Shown: positions 45,126 through 57,674, counted from the first letter of the stretch. The stretch is 64,000 bases of DNA from an uncultured delta proteobacterium (GCA_963733195.1 CAVTCR010000071.1:1-64000); one strand, 5' to 3'. Numbers and translations are program-made. The notes: generated from the sequence alone by a model not told the origin.

Positions 45126-47062
45126 CTATTGGACCTCCTCTTTTACATTACGGGTCCAGTCTCCAAGACATACGCCTCTCCTCTCTCCCTCGCTTTCCGG
45201 GTCTGAGTTATACTGAAGTTTTTTTTCTCTTCTCCGCGACGGACACTCCAGTAATAGACTCAATAATGTGGTTAAGCGGAAGAAATCATAAGGAGAGTCC
45301 GCCCATTTTTCCAGAGGAACCTGCCAGGGTAACGTCCCCAAACATGAGTGAGGAGTTCACGATCGTTGTGGGATGCCGCCTCCAATATAGACTTCAGTGT
45401 AGGGCTATTGCGAACATACCAGCTTAAATTGGGCCACGATCCTTGGGTGGTTAACTCTTGTGAGTTGCCTTTTGATATGAGTCCGAGTCGACGTCGGCAC
45501 CAATCTCTGCCATAGACGATTAATTTTTCCCACACTGAAGCCCCTGGTCGCCAACCGAAATTCGCATCAATGATGGGGCCATGACACATGTGTCTCACCA
45601 CGAGTCCCCATAATCTGGCGTTGAGTTTCCACTGTGGTCGCATACGGCTGTAACACTCAGCGATCGCACGGTCGGCAAAAAACGAGTCATAGGGAAAGAC
45701 GCGATACATGATTTGCCCAGACAGCGCGCAGGCATAGGAAGCTGGTCTCACTCGTCGATCCTCCGCCTGCAACCAATCTCGTTCCGATTTGTGGTGATTC
45801 ATCGTGCCAGCAAACCATTCTGTGATTCGGTCTTTGATTTGCGACTCGAGCGCCGCTGGAGCAGGAGGAGATTGATAACCTGTGTATGGCAAAAAGCTAT
45901 CCGCTCGTTGAGTTCTGAAGCGATAGTAAGGAAGTTGTCGCCCAATGATCGGTCCATACTGTCGATCTAACGCTATTCCCTTAAAGAGCAGATCTGCCGT
46001 GCACGCAGCAAGAACTGTCCGCGTGCCGAGCTGCTGGAGAAAGTCACGGGTACCGAGAAAATGATTATCTTCCAAAGACCACATCGCTCCTGATATGCGG
46101 ACCCCTGGCTGCATCCATCGTGGATAGTAGTCGTCATCTCGCGCGAAGCCTTGGTAATAGTACGCCAGCTGCTACACAGAGCTGTTCCGCAATTGCCGAT
46201 TCATGATTTGGTACATCGTAGAGGTTGATTCCGTACATGACCGATGGGTCGGCAGCCGCAAAGAGAAGGAGTCGAGAATCCAATCCTCCACTCGTATAGC
46301 TGACAATAGGTGCAAGGCGTGGCAAGGTGCGAATGCGAATCGCGCTGGTCATTGCGTCTCTCAGCGTGTCGACTGCGACCTGTAATGTAGGGAATGACCG
46401 ACCTCAAACGGCTGCCAATACTGACGTTGACTACACGTATGAGTAACCAGATTCCAACTCCAATGAGTCGCGGCTCCGGCACATTTAATTTCATTGTAAT
46501 AGGTGTGAGGTGGAGTCGCCTGCCATTCTTTGAGGAATTCTGCCATCGAGCAATAGTCTGGCGAGGTTTGTACCGCCCTGTCAGCAGCAATGGCATCGGC
46601 AAACGTCGCAATCACAACACCCTACGCCCTGTTCAGCACGATAGAGAAACACCGGGTGATAGCCGAAATGATCAGTCAACAAATGTAGTGTCTGTTGTCG
46701 TGGGTCCCAAATCAGCAGTACGGCAGATCCGTTATGACGTTCGACGGCCTTTACCCCTCCTTTCAGGTACTGATCTAAAAGGAGGCGATTGCTCAAACCA
46801 CCTGTATACTTATGCAAACTTTCAGCCTGTCGCCAATCAGGTTCATCCCAAGCAACGCGCCCGGCAGTCACGACTCGTACTCCCGTCGACGAGTGGTATG
46901 CAGGTCCGAATAACATTGGTGGATCGTGACTGACCCACGCAATTGCGAGTTTTTGCTCGGCAATGATTTCGACAGACTCCTCAGGGAAGAACGTGAGCCG
47001 TTCAGCCGCCCCTGGATACGTTCATGACTGCTCTGTCCTAAAATTACGTATAGCCCAGCCAC
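45126..47062 (-). CDS. Asparagine-synthase-like amidotransferase (frameshifted)
   Basis: GATase-like HNGSAVLLIWD..LTDHFGYHPVF; PP-loop SGGLDSR. Confidence 0.7.
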
Positions 47063-47084
47063 TGCAAACCTCTCGTCTGTTCTC

Positions 47085-48328
47085 TTAGTTGCCGCCGCAA
47101 GCACGTGTCGACTGGCGGCTACTGTAAATATAGGAAGTATCACCACATGGGTAAGCAAAACTGCGGTAGCGACACCGAAGATTTGCCACTGCACGCCAAT
47201 GAGGAGCGCGACGACAAAAATAACTGTAAAAGCGAGGTTCCAGGCAACGTCCCTCTGTGGCTTATCGATCAGCCATAAGCCCTGTGATGCAGCTTTAGCA
47301 AACGGCCGCGGTATGGCTGACAAGCAAATGAGTATTAAGACCGGAATAGCCGGAATCCATTTGGGATCAAAAACCAGTGGCAATAATCGGCGCTAAACTC
47401 GATTGTAGTGTTACAAGAGGAATAATAATCCAGGCAATCGTTTTCAAACTACCAAGATATGTGTGGCGAAATTTGTCGGGATCGGAGCGAGCACCACTCA
47501 GGTGAGGGTATAATGCCGAGTCAATTGCATTTATCGCACTCATACTGATTCCTAATCCGGCATTAAAGGCAAAATAATAGACCCCTAATGCTTGAATACC
47601 TAAGAAAGACCCAACGACAATATAGTCCACATGATCTCTCACCGTCGTCAATATTTCCACGCCGAACACACTGCGACCAAACGTAAACAGCTCTCGCCAG
47701 CGGGTTAACGTAAATCTCTTCGGTGGGGACCACTGGTGATTCCACCGATGAATAAGGACCCAGATCGGGGTTACCAAAACTTTAGGGAGAATAATCGCCC
47801 ACATCCGAACCCGAAGAAGGCAAGGCCCATGGTGAGGAGATTGTCGCTCGACACTTGTAACGCGTTAGCGATTGCCAATACCTGCAAGCGATTTTCGCGC
47901 TGGATAAGCGAGGCATGGACGAGTGCTGGTGGCAGGAGCAGATACACCACTGCCAACGTACAAATTGGCAGCACGATCTGAGGATCGTTATAGACCCAGG
48001 CGACCGGAAGTGCCACTCCACACTGCAAAACAAAGAGAGATCCATACACAATCCAATTCATCCAGAATGCGGTCTGGCAATGCTCTTCGAGTTGTTCAGC
48101 GTCGACTTGAATAAGCTTGGCCCAAATCCCATTCTTGGTAAAGACATTGACAAATTCATTCGTAGTAAGAACAAGTGCTGCGAGGCCGTAGTCGTATGGT
48201 GTTAAGAGCTTTGCCAATACGATCGTCGTCGCGAGTCGAAAGACGCGGATACACAGCTGTGCCGCACCAAGCCAGCCAATGTTGCGGACAAAGCGGTTGG
48301 AAAGTCGCTGTTGAAGGAACTGAAGCAA
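47085..48328 (-). CDS. wzx: Polysaccharide flippase Wzx (frameshifted)
   Basis: LAKLLTPYDYGLAAL, DYIVVGSFLG..ALGVYYFAF; multiple TM segments. Confidence 0.88.
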
Positions 48329-48370
48329 CTTGTGTCCTCTTAGTTATTGGAAATGGACTTTCCGAGACGG

Positions 48371-49365
48371 CTACACCCTCGCTGCCATCTTCCACAACAG
48401 CGATTGCCAGAGAGACAGAGACGTCTCCCAACTATGACGGGTTTCTTCGCGGCCATTCTGGCCCCAGGTCTGTAATTGCTGAGGTGACGTGTTGACGAAT
48501 TGCGTAATTGCTGGTGCTAACACGGCTGGGTCACTCGATGATACTAACATTCCACAGGACTGCACTTGCTCAGAGAGACCATCGACAGCTGTCGCAAGGA
48601 CTGGCTTGGCTGCGGCTTTTGCTTCGACACAGACAATCCCCCAGGGTTCCAATCGTGACGGGATAACCACCCCGTCACACTGTCCTAAAAACTCAGGAAG
48701 ATTGCGAACCAGGCCACAAAACTCAATACTGCTTTGATCATGTGCGAGCTGTTTGAGTGTCTCTTCCTCAGGCCCATAGCCACCAATGCGCAGACGTAGA
48801 GTGTGAGAAGAGAGTCGTCGCATGGCCTCGATCAAGTCGCCGAATCCTTTGGCAGGGACGAAGCGACCATACGTTGCCAATACCATAGGTGAGGCGATCG
48901 TTCGCACAGGAAGTTGGAATAGCTCGTCCAAGACTTGGCTCTGTTGGATCACAGCTACCCGCTCAGGTGCAGCAAGCTTGTTTTCCAGCATCCACCGCGC
49001 TTGCCCGTGTGAAACTGCAACCACCTGGTCAGCGAGGCGGTAGAAAATCCTCAGCATAAAACGAAAGCGGCTCTTGGCAGGCACGTTCCAGCGTTCGAAA
49101 CCGCCGGAATAATGATGCTCATGAATGAGGATCTTACCTTTGTGTCTCTTAAGGTTAAGAAACTGCGGCAAGGAGCGCCAATTACACGGGTTATGCACAA
49201 TAATGGCGGCGAATGACTGTTGCTGTAGGAGCGTCTTTGCTTCATTGTTATTGGCTACGGAAAAACGAAATTCCTCTTGCAGCCGAGACTTGATGAGACA
49301 GGTTAACTGGTGTTGATGCCGCCGATCCGCCGATCATTCAAGACATGCAAGATTTCTGGTTTCAT
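48371..49365 (-). CDS. Glycosyltransferase family 4 (frameshifted)
   Basis: GRFVPAKG and PSRLEPWGIVCVEA (EX7E). Confidence 0.9.
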
Positions 49366-50629
49366 AGTGTGGCACTCGGTATCTCTTCGTTCAACGCGGC
49401 GCCTATAATCAGCAGCGCTGGCCAGAACAAATAGGCCAAAAATTTCGATATTCTCGCCAAAGGTATACAGAAAAGAGGATCAGCAGAAGGGCCAAACCTA
49501 CTGAGGCTAAGCGGCTCGACTGCGCGCGAATCACAAGAGTCACAAACGTCCAAACAGAGGAAGCGCGAGCGCAACGAAGCCAACGATTCCCTTTATAAAG
49601 AGGAGACCGTACCACGTATGGTGTGAGCCGATCGCCATGAACTCCACGAGATGAGGACCAGGTTCCTGAATACCATGGCCCCATCCTGGGGCTTCGTGCC
49701 AACGATCGAAAGCAATGCGCGCGAGGGTCGCACGCACACGTGACGAGGCCGGACGCATCCCACGAAAAGCTTCTTTGAGGGTTTCTCCTATTTGGACAAT
49801 CTCAGTGCCAACGAGGCCAACAAACGTCGACGCCGTAGCGGTAGCAAAATACAACGAAGGTTGCGTTAAGCGATCAGGAGACGGGCGAACACCCACACGG
49901 ATAGCAGCGCGATCACCGCCATACGGGACTTGGAAAGGAGAATCATGATGACACTTCCTGTGATTCCCACCCATTTCCATTTCCACTGTCGCTCTTCAAG
50001 GACAAAGATGAAGTACATATTGGCAACGAATCCTGTCGCTGGCGCCCAAGAAGTGAAGAACAGCCAGCGTACTCCACCGCCTGCATCTCCTTCGTAGAGC
50101 ATCACTGTGAAAAACATGGGGCCTGGTCCACCTACAATTTCTAACGGGGAGACATAGAGAGTCTGCGGGAGATGCAGTAGATAGGCGCCGATAAACAGCG
50201 GCAAGAGTAACAACGTGTGGAAACACACCACTGCACATGCCCGGTAGATCACTTGTGGACGTACAGGAAGACATCCAACCAGCAGAAAGATGGCGAACAG
50301 CGCCCATCCCTTGGCCCAGCCGACAGCAGACTTGATTAGCTTCGCTATCCCGAGTTCAAAATTGAGATGTCCTACAACTAGAGCCACCAGCATCAGAAGC
50401 ATGCCGATGACCCACACCCACACCGCCATGGGCGGGCGCCCAATGTGGAGCATGAGATCGGTTGGCGTCGGCCACAGATAACGGACAGCAGTCGCAGAAC
50501 CAGTATCCACGCAAGGACAGGTGCAACAATATAGACAGCACCGATCGCATAGAATACGTAGGTCCCGGTAATCGCGTACCAGATTACACGTTCTTCAAAA
50601 TTTTCTGGCGTAATACGTGGCGGTGCCAT
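49362..50629 (-). CDS. O-antigen ligase/Wzy-like polymerase (frameshifted)
   Basis: Many TM segments, LSKSRMA, SSRVR, WGHG, IGSHHTWYGLLF. Confidence 0.8.
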
Positions 50630-52079
50630 AAGAGATGCGAAACCAATCAACGTCAAAATCGAGCCACAGGTTGCCCCGAGCAAAGCCAGGACGTGCTTGA
50701 GGGAGTCGGGTTGCTTCGGGCGCGTAGGTGCAGCAAGGACTTGCACGAGCGGATACGAGGTAAAGGGATTGGATTTCCCTAGGTCTAACTGGGCCAGGGC
50801 GGAGGTAAAGATGACGGTTGCAACCTGATGCTGGCGGTTCAGATCAGCCAGACCAGCGGCAGCTTCACTATTTTGCTGTAAGCGTCCTTCTAATTCTTGT
50901 AGGGTCCGCTGGAGGGTATCAACTTGGGCAGCAACGCCATGCTTCTCAGCATCAGCTGTGATAAGTTCCTGTAACAACTGGCCCCGTTTATCGACATCAT
51001 GACTGAGTAACAACTGGACACGTTCGTCCTGCGCAAGTAAAGGATGTCCAAGTAATGATTCGCCACGTTGGAGCATCGCGCTACGCGCTTGCTGCACCTG
51101 CCCCTGCACCGTGATGACTTCAGGATGTTGGGCTCCCCATTTGCCGTTATACTCAGCAAACTTTGTTTCAGCCTTAGTATAGTCGGTCAGGTATTGTTGA
51201 AAGAGTGGATCTGCTTGTAGAAGCAAAGTATCGGCGGCTAATTGTGGCGATACTCGTAAACTCGTCTGTCAGCTGTGCCGTCCGCTGTTCTGCTGTTGGT
51301 ACTGGGCGTGCAAAAGTGCGAATTCTTTCCGGAGTTGTTCAATCGAAATTGTCAGTTCTTTCAGCTGATCGAGTGATGTCAGTTTCGAGTCACTCTGGTA
51401 GGCAAATATTCTGTTGCGTATCGTCCAGTTTTTTCTGAAACCCTTGCAATAAGAGCCGGACAACGTCACCATGTCGTTGAGTTTCGTCATCCGTAACTGC
51501 TGCAACTGATCTTGTAGTGATACCGTGATGCAAGCGCTTTCTGGTAGGCCTGTTCTGCACTGTCTCTTTAATACTGAAGTACATAAGAGAAGTCGGGTCA
51601 ACGAGTTTGATCTTGGGCTTACCAAATGTTTCGACGTTAAGATTCATTGCCTGCGCCGCATGATTGAGTACCGGTTCGCTCTCGGCGATGGCTTTATAAG
51701 TGACCTTCGGGTCAAGGGAGGAACTGAGTACGGAGAGTTGGTTCAGGCTGCGGCCTGCCCAAGATTATCCAAATGAATCGAAGAACAGTCCCGGCACCAG
51801 GGAGAATTAGCGTCCATCTGCAGGTATACGTCGGAGCTCTGAATCGGAGGAGGAACAAAACCGGAAGCCATAGAGAGAAATCGTTCCAACGATTGCCGCA
51901 CCATATCGCTGAGGACGCCGCCAACTACGCACATCCAGTCTGGCCAGCGCTGGGCGGAGAGACGTGGCATCGATGCTGGGGAGGAAGGAGAAATCGTTCG
52001 CCGTCGCGTCTGCCACTGCCATTGCCACGCGATTGCTGCCTTTGCTTCGTTTCATCTTGTTCCCGGCTGGTCTTCTCAT
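50584..52079 (-). CDS. GumC/Wzz-like chain-length (polysaccharide co-polymerase) protein (frameshifted)
   Basis: WTLILPGAG after the N-terminal TM; coiled coil with HPEV; SYPLVQVL and C-terminal TM. Confidence 0.78.
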
Positions 52080-53434
52080 GTGAAACGTCCAGTATGTTGT
52101 CCTAGGGCAGCACACTCCGCATTGTGAGTGGGAACAAAACATCAGCGACCGTGCGAGCGACATCGCGGACGCTGGTCATTGTCGAGTCGTAACACGGATC
52201 GCGTCTCCTGAGAGCAAATATGGATTAAACTTATCTCGATGAGCATCGCGAATGAGCTGTTCGACCAAGCGTTCGATAACCTCAGTCTTGCCCGTGAGAG
52301 GATTACGACTCGCCAAGACGACATAGCGACTCCCGTTAGTGGCAGGTGTCCCGCCTACGAAGTTGGCCGCGACTGCTCCTTGGAGCAACCGTAGTCCTAT
52401 GGCATATGGGCCGTATCACGGTGATGGCTGAGACTGAGTTTCCGGTAGCGGGAACTGTCAAATTCGACATATAGATGGCGATGCCTGGTGGGGTAATCTG
52501 GCTAGGTCGCACGAGGGAGTGCTGAAACTCTCCAGTCGAGCCCACAATGACCTGATCTCCAGCCGCGAGCGGCGGATCTGTGACTTTTATTCCATGGATA
52601 ATGCCTGACAGATCAAGCAATCTAATACCGAGCACTGCGAACAATGACGATACGACGAAGATCTGCATCCGGACGAACCCCCCCAGCCGCCTGTAACGCC
52701 ACGGTTAAGGTACGCCGTGGCGCATAGTCACCACCTGCTTGTGTTACTTGCTGCGCACGTTCTTCAGCCTCTCGGTTATTCAGCAGTACCTGCCCAGGCT
52801 CAAAAACCGCCCCGGCAACGTACGCCTGAATCGGCCCCCAGGATAACTGCCGCACACTAACCTTAACAAAGTGTTTCTTGAACAAACCTTCGTCGACGAG
52901 TGCGTGCGTCAGTATTTGCTCTACATCATGAATCGTGCGTCCGCTCATCTTATGTGGCTTGAGGTAGGGAAGCTGCAAGGTACCATCAAGGTTCACTTCG
53001 TAATCGCCGTTCAGTAGTTCACCATCGACAACACGAATACGCACACGGTCCCCTGGTGATAACGGAAGGTCATCGGTCAGCCCCTCTTGCGCTTCGCTCA
53101 TAAACATCTTGTCTGTGGCGGAATCAGTAAAAGCAATGCGAGAAGAGCCTGCGTAGCGTTGATAGGGGTGAGACTCATCATAATACTGAGGGTCCGGACC
53201 AAGGGTTTCACGGTACACGTGGACTCGCTCACCTGGATTCTGCTTCTCCGGGCTATAAAACTGCCCATTGGCAAGGTTGTTAGCGGGAGGGATAGCGTGG
53301 AGAGTGCATCCCTCGATTGCCCACAGGTAAGCAAAGAAGAGAAACGCTACAGCCGATTGGCGATGTGACTGACCTCTTCTCCAGCAAACTCCGGGAATAC
53401 TAGAGCAGGGCGTATTTTGGTGTTGGGTGTTCAC
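52080..53434 (-). CDS. Polysaccharide export lipoprotein (Wza/SLBB; frameshifted)
   Basis: Lipobox-like IEGC; LSPGDRVRI, VNLDGTLQLPYL, VAGAVFEPG, ALQAAGG. Boundaries approximate. Confidence 0.82.
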
Positions 53435-53438
53435 CGAT

Positions 53439-53519
53439 GAGATTGTTTCGTCGCTCTGCTTCTCACAATGACTCCAAGAGTCGTCATTGCGTGCGACTGC
53501 CAAGGAGCGAAGCAATCTC
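53439..53519. repeat. Paired REP-like palindrome (GTCATTGCG...GAAGCAATC family)
   Basis: gagattgtttcg...caatgac / gtcattgcg...cgaagcaatctc; a partial copy lies at ~31660-31694. Confidence 0.7.
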
Positions 53520-53570
53520 ATCCCGTACAGGCGGACGAAAACTACTACAGTGCGCCAACCGTTCTTCACG

Positions 53571-55097
53571 TCACGACTCCTCACCACCTCTAACCAGACG
53601 CCTGAGGTAGCCTAGAACCAACTTCACATCATGGCGAAAACTTGACTGCACCGCGTAAAACGCCTCGGCAGAGTACAGCTCATCATCGCTTGTGACTCCT
53701 CCATACTGCACCTGAGCTTCTGTGATCATGCCAACCTTGCTTTGGAGGTACAGGGCTCGCCAATCAGGAGGGAGTTTGTCGATCTTCCTCCTTCGTTCGC
53801 GGTGTGACACCGACAAAGTGCAACTCCCCTTTGGCAATGTTGACAAGCGCAGGAAGAACGTTCAGCAATAGAGAGCGCAGTCCGGGTTTCTGTCCTCTCC
53901 CGTCTGTCGCGTGTATACTCCCAGTCGGGCAGAAACTCCACAACCAGAACGTGTTCCAGCGCGACTGCCCGGGTGAGACAGGCAAACGTACGACTTCCGT
54001 GCGAAACAGTACCGGCCCGTGCCGTATCACTTTAAGGTATAGAGCTGTCACTAACAGTATTGGCCACAGTACAGCGAGTAAGAAAATAGCTCCTGCCCGA
54101 GAGAGAAATGCCTGGACATTTTGTGACAAACTTTGGTCGAGTAAGCTACCAAGAATGAAATCATCGAGAACAGTCACCTCAGATCCGACCCGAACGTTTA
54201 CCAAACGGTTGCGATCGACAAGAGTGTCAGCCAGTTCCAGGCCTTCTCCGACATAACTTCCCGGTAACACAACCGATTGCATGATTGCTGACTGAGGATT
54301 GATGACACAATTACGTCCGAGTACTGCATGAGGTCCGAGTTGAACATGTTCTTCCACCCAACAGTTCTCGCCGATATAGACGGGTGGAATAATGCGGGCA
54401 GTCGGATGGAGCCGCACGTTTCGCGAGACCCATACCCCAGACTCGATCTCTCGACCTTTGAGCCTGAGGCCGGAAAACTGTTTTGCCAGGACAGCCTGAT
54501 GCGCAATGAGCAGTTCACTACAAGACTCGACACTAAGCGGTTTGGGTACCTCCACTAATCTCCTTGCTGGTGCCCTAACGCCCAGAGCCGCGTGGCAAAC
54601 CTTGCGTTATCATCTTCGTTTGCGAGTTGAGTCAGCGCAGTTCCAGATAGCCAGGCCCACCCCGTCCATTGCGTTTGTTGGTCAGGAGCATCGTCTTGAT
54701 TAAGCCAGAAATAGACAACAGGGCCACGCTGCTTCGTGAGCAACGGGTTGGTCTGCGCAAGGAGCACTTGAGGCAAGCGATCAGCATGAACCAGGAGAAT
54801 AGACTCTTCTGCATTCCCCAGAGGTAACGCCTTAATGACCGACAACGGCCGCGACGCCTCTCTGGCCAAGTGGAAACGAAATGTACTGCCCCAGCGAGTA
54901 CCGTCCCCAAGAAACTGCTCGATCTTCTCCGGGAAATGGCTCAGGATAAAGTCAAATTCACTCACTCCTTGATCAACCAGAAATTCAACAACGTGTTGAA
55001 TAAAAGGACGATCAACAAGTGGGAGGAGAAGGGCCGGAGAGTATGTGTTCAACGGATTGTCGGGACAATACCCAGTGGCGACAAGGAGCGCTTTCAT
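53571..55097 (-). CDS. Nucleotidyltransferase-like + hexapeptide-repeat + degenerate sugar-transferase fusion (frameshifted)
   Basis: LLPLVDRPFIQHVVE; PPVYIGENC/LGPHAVLGRNC repeats; LVNIAKGELHFVG. Confidence 0.72.
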
Positions 55098-55104
55098 AGT
55101 GACA

Positions 55105-56502
55105 TCAGTCCCCGTTGGTTCGATAGCGAAGAAGTCGTATCAGGAACATCGCATTGCCAACGATGTATCTCTTCCACATACGTTGGGGTTCTTGGCACAA
55201 GCGATAGAGCCACTCTCCCCCAACTTCACGTAGCCATTGTGGGGCACGTGGAATCCGACCTGAGTAGAAATCAAAAAGCCCACCAACACCAAGAGCGACC
55301 TTGACGCCGGTAGCCTCGAGGTGGCGATGAATCCACTTTTCTTGTCGGGGAACTCCGAGTGCGACAAGGAGCAAAGTTGCTTTGGAGTCAGCAATTTGCT
55401 GAACGACGGTGTGTTCTTCAGTGGGCAAAAAGTAGCCGTGATGCCATCCGCAGATGGCTACCGCTGGGTAATGGTCGCTGATCCATTGCTGGACCTTTTC
55501 CGGAACTCCCGGTTGTCCGCCAAGCAAGAACACACGGTGCTGCGTGTGAGATAGCGCAGCACAGAGCCGTGGGAACAAATCTGTTCCATTCACGTTCTGT
55601 TTAATTTCCTGGCCAAGAAGTTTACCGGCGATCTTTATGCCAATGCCGTCAGCCAAAGCGAGGTCCGCGTGTTGAAGGATCTGGAGATACTCGGGATCAT
55701 GGTATGCAATGTTGGCGCAGTGTGGATTTACAAAGTAGACCTTGTGTGCTTCGTTTTGGTCACACATTGTTTTTATCGTTTCCACAGTGTCACTCATCGT
55801 CAGGTTGTGCAACGTGATGCCCAGGAGGTTGACACGATCTGGAGCTATGGAGAGACCTCGACCATACAGGAAGGTGGGAACTGCACGCAGGGCAAGACCC
55901 ACGTCTCCCCCGACAGTCTGATTCTCGACATACTCTCGGTCTGCCTCACTCTCGGTTTCATAATTGATATTCGCCCGGCTGCGAACCCACCAGAGACAGA
56001 CCAGTCCAGGACGCACGTCATACCGTGCACGTGTTACATGCTCACGAGGAGACAGCTCTCCTGGTGCGACAGCACGTGGTCCGATAAAGGAGAGGTCTCC
56101 TTTGAGGATATTAAGCAAGAGAGGTAAGTGCACGAGCTTACCTGCCCGCAGCAGACTCCCGACATAGTTATTTGGCGTAGAAAATTCGTAGGCAGAGAAT
56201 GACTCACACCAGCGTCCGACTTTCGCAACTGAGCGGAAGATAGCGGCCCCGTGCGCTTTCAGTACTATACCAATAAGAAAGAACAGCGGGGCGAACGCGA
56301 CCAACAGAACCAAAGCAACACAGAAATCGGTCGTCCGCTTGATGGCTGCTCCTGCTTGAACCAGGATGAGCCAATAAATGCGATAGAAGAAACGCCTGAG
56401 GCGCTGACGTTTCGTCCATCCTGGAGAATCAAACGAGGCAGTCTCGATAGGGTACAGTCTGTCGACGACCTCATATGGAGGAGTATGAAGTTGATTCTCC
56501 AA
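55105..56502 (-). CDS. Sugar-transferase-like domain fused to WecB/TagA (GT26) glycosyltransferase
   Basis: LNILKGDLSFIGPR and VRPGL; ADGIG, NGTDL, LGVPRQE, GLEWLYR-like GGEWLYRL. Confidence 0.92.
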   Translation of the reverse strand: MENQLHTPPYEVVDRLYPIETASFDSPGWTKRQRLRRFFYRIYWLILVQAGAAIKRTTDFCVALVLLVAFAPLFFLIGIVLKAHGAAIFRSVAKVGRWCESFSAYEFSTPNNYVGSLLRAGKLVHLPLLLNILKGDLSFIGPRAVAPGELSPREHVTRARYDVRPGLVCLWWVRSRANINYETESEADREYVENQTVGGDVGLALRAVPTFLYGRGLSIAPDRVNLLGITLHNLTMSDTVETIKTMCDQNEAHKVYFVNPHCANIAYHDPEYLQILQHADLALADGIGIKIAGKLLGQEIKQNVNGTDLFPRLCAALSHTQHRVFLLGGQPGVPEKVQQWISDHYPAVAICGWHHGYFLPTEEHTVVQQIADSKATLLLVALGVPRQEKWIHRHLEATGVKVALGVGGLFDFYSGRIPRAPQWLREVGGEWLYRLCQEPQRMWKRYIVGNAMFLIRLLRYRTNGD

Positions 56503-57249
56503 TCAGTAAGCTCCTTTGCCGGAGAGGATGGCAGGAATCGTGCGCAGGAGGATTTTGATGTCGGTTTTTATGCTCTGACTCTCGATATACTCGATATCAA
56601 GTGTGACTTGTTGGGGAAACGCAATGTTGCTACGCCCACTCACCTGCCAGATGCATGTTAAACCAGGGGTGATATCGAGCCGACGCCGATCCGCAAGACT
56701 GTACTGGGCAACTTCGTGCGGAAGGGAGGGGCGAGGTCCGACCAGAGACATGTCTCCCTTCAGTACACACCATAGTTGTGGAAGTTCGTCGATGCTCAGT
56801 TTACGAATAATACGACCGATCCACGTCACCCGCGGATCCTTTTTCATTTTGAAGGTAATGCTTTTCTGGTGATCATTCTGTGCCAGCAGGTCAGCCTGAA
56901 GCTGCTCTGCATTCATGACCATCGAACGAAACTTCGGGAAGGGGAATTCCCATCCCCACCGCCCGACACGGGTTTGCCAAAAAACGACAGGCCCACCGTC
57001 GGTCAGCTTAATTGCGAGAGCAACAATACAGAGCAAGGGAGAAAGAGAGACGAGCAGCGTACCGGCTACACACACATCGATGGTTCGTTTCAAGAGTTTG
57101 GTGCCGTGGACAACCGTGCTCCATGCCCACGTCCTCCAGCAGATGCGCAGTCTCCGCAGAGCGCTCCGGCTACTGTTGCTCTCGACATCATACCTTCGCC
57201 ACAATTCTTCGACGAGGTCTGAGTGGTGCGGAACACTACCCATGCACAA
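56503..57249 (-). CDS. Initiating polyprenyl-phosphate sugar transferase (Bac_transf)
   Basis: KFRSM, DPRVT, SIDELPQLW..LKGDMSLVGPRP, PGLTCIWQVSGRS. Confidence 0.95.
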   Translation of the reverse strand: MCMGSVPHHSDLVEELWRRYDVESNSSRSALRRLRICWRTWAWSTVVHGTKLLKRTIDVCVAGTLLVSLSPLLCIVALAIKLTDGGPVVFWQTRVGRWGWEFPFPKFRSMVMNAEQLQADLLAQNDHQKSITFKMKKDPRVTWIGRIIRKLSIDELPQLWCVLKGDMSLVGPRPSLPHEVAQYSLADRRRLDITPGLTCIWQVSGRSNIAFPQQVTLDIEYIESQSIKTDIKILLRTIPAILSGKGAY

Positions 57250-57460
57250 TTCCTAATCGTCCTAAAAAGATCACTTATAGTGACTATTGCTATTATCTAT
57301 GAATACCCGGAACCACACTGAAGAATGTCGACGGGGACGCCCCTGTCGCCATCCTTAACTCCACCATCGTGCAACGCCCCGAAGACAGCAGCTTGCAGTT
57401 TTTCTCACCACACCCCCGTCTCGACTGACACAAGCGCTCATTGGATGCTGCACATTTGTA

Positions 57461-57487
57461 AACTCGGCAGGAAGGTGTGTAACTGAA
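57461..57487 (-). promoter_or_regulatory. Sigma28-like promoter motif upstream of the EPS operon
   Basis: TTCAG-N14-GCCGAGTT. Confidence 0.5.
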
Positions 57488-57674
57488 GGAAGTACCCTAA
57501 TCTTGCAAGTAATCTACCCAATTTTAGAGAAATACACGGGCAAACATCCTACGGAAAAATACAACGATCAGGAGAGACACCGAAGTGACGATCTCACCTT
57601 GTCGAGAACCCACACAACATGGCACAGTGGCAACTCAAAACGTATCGCTGTAGTGATTAAAAAAGGAGGCGACC

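Noticed and set aside
57620-57635. Sigma54 promoter at tggcacagtggcaac before the VOC gene
   Set aside because: No GC at the required GG-N10-GC spacing.
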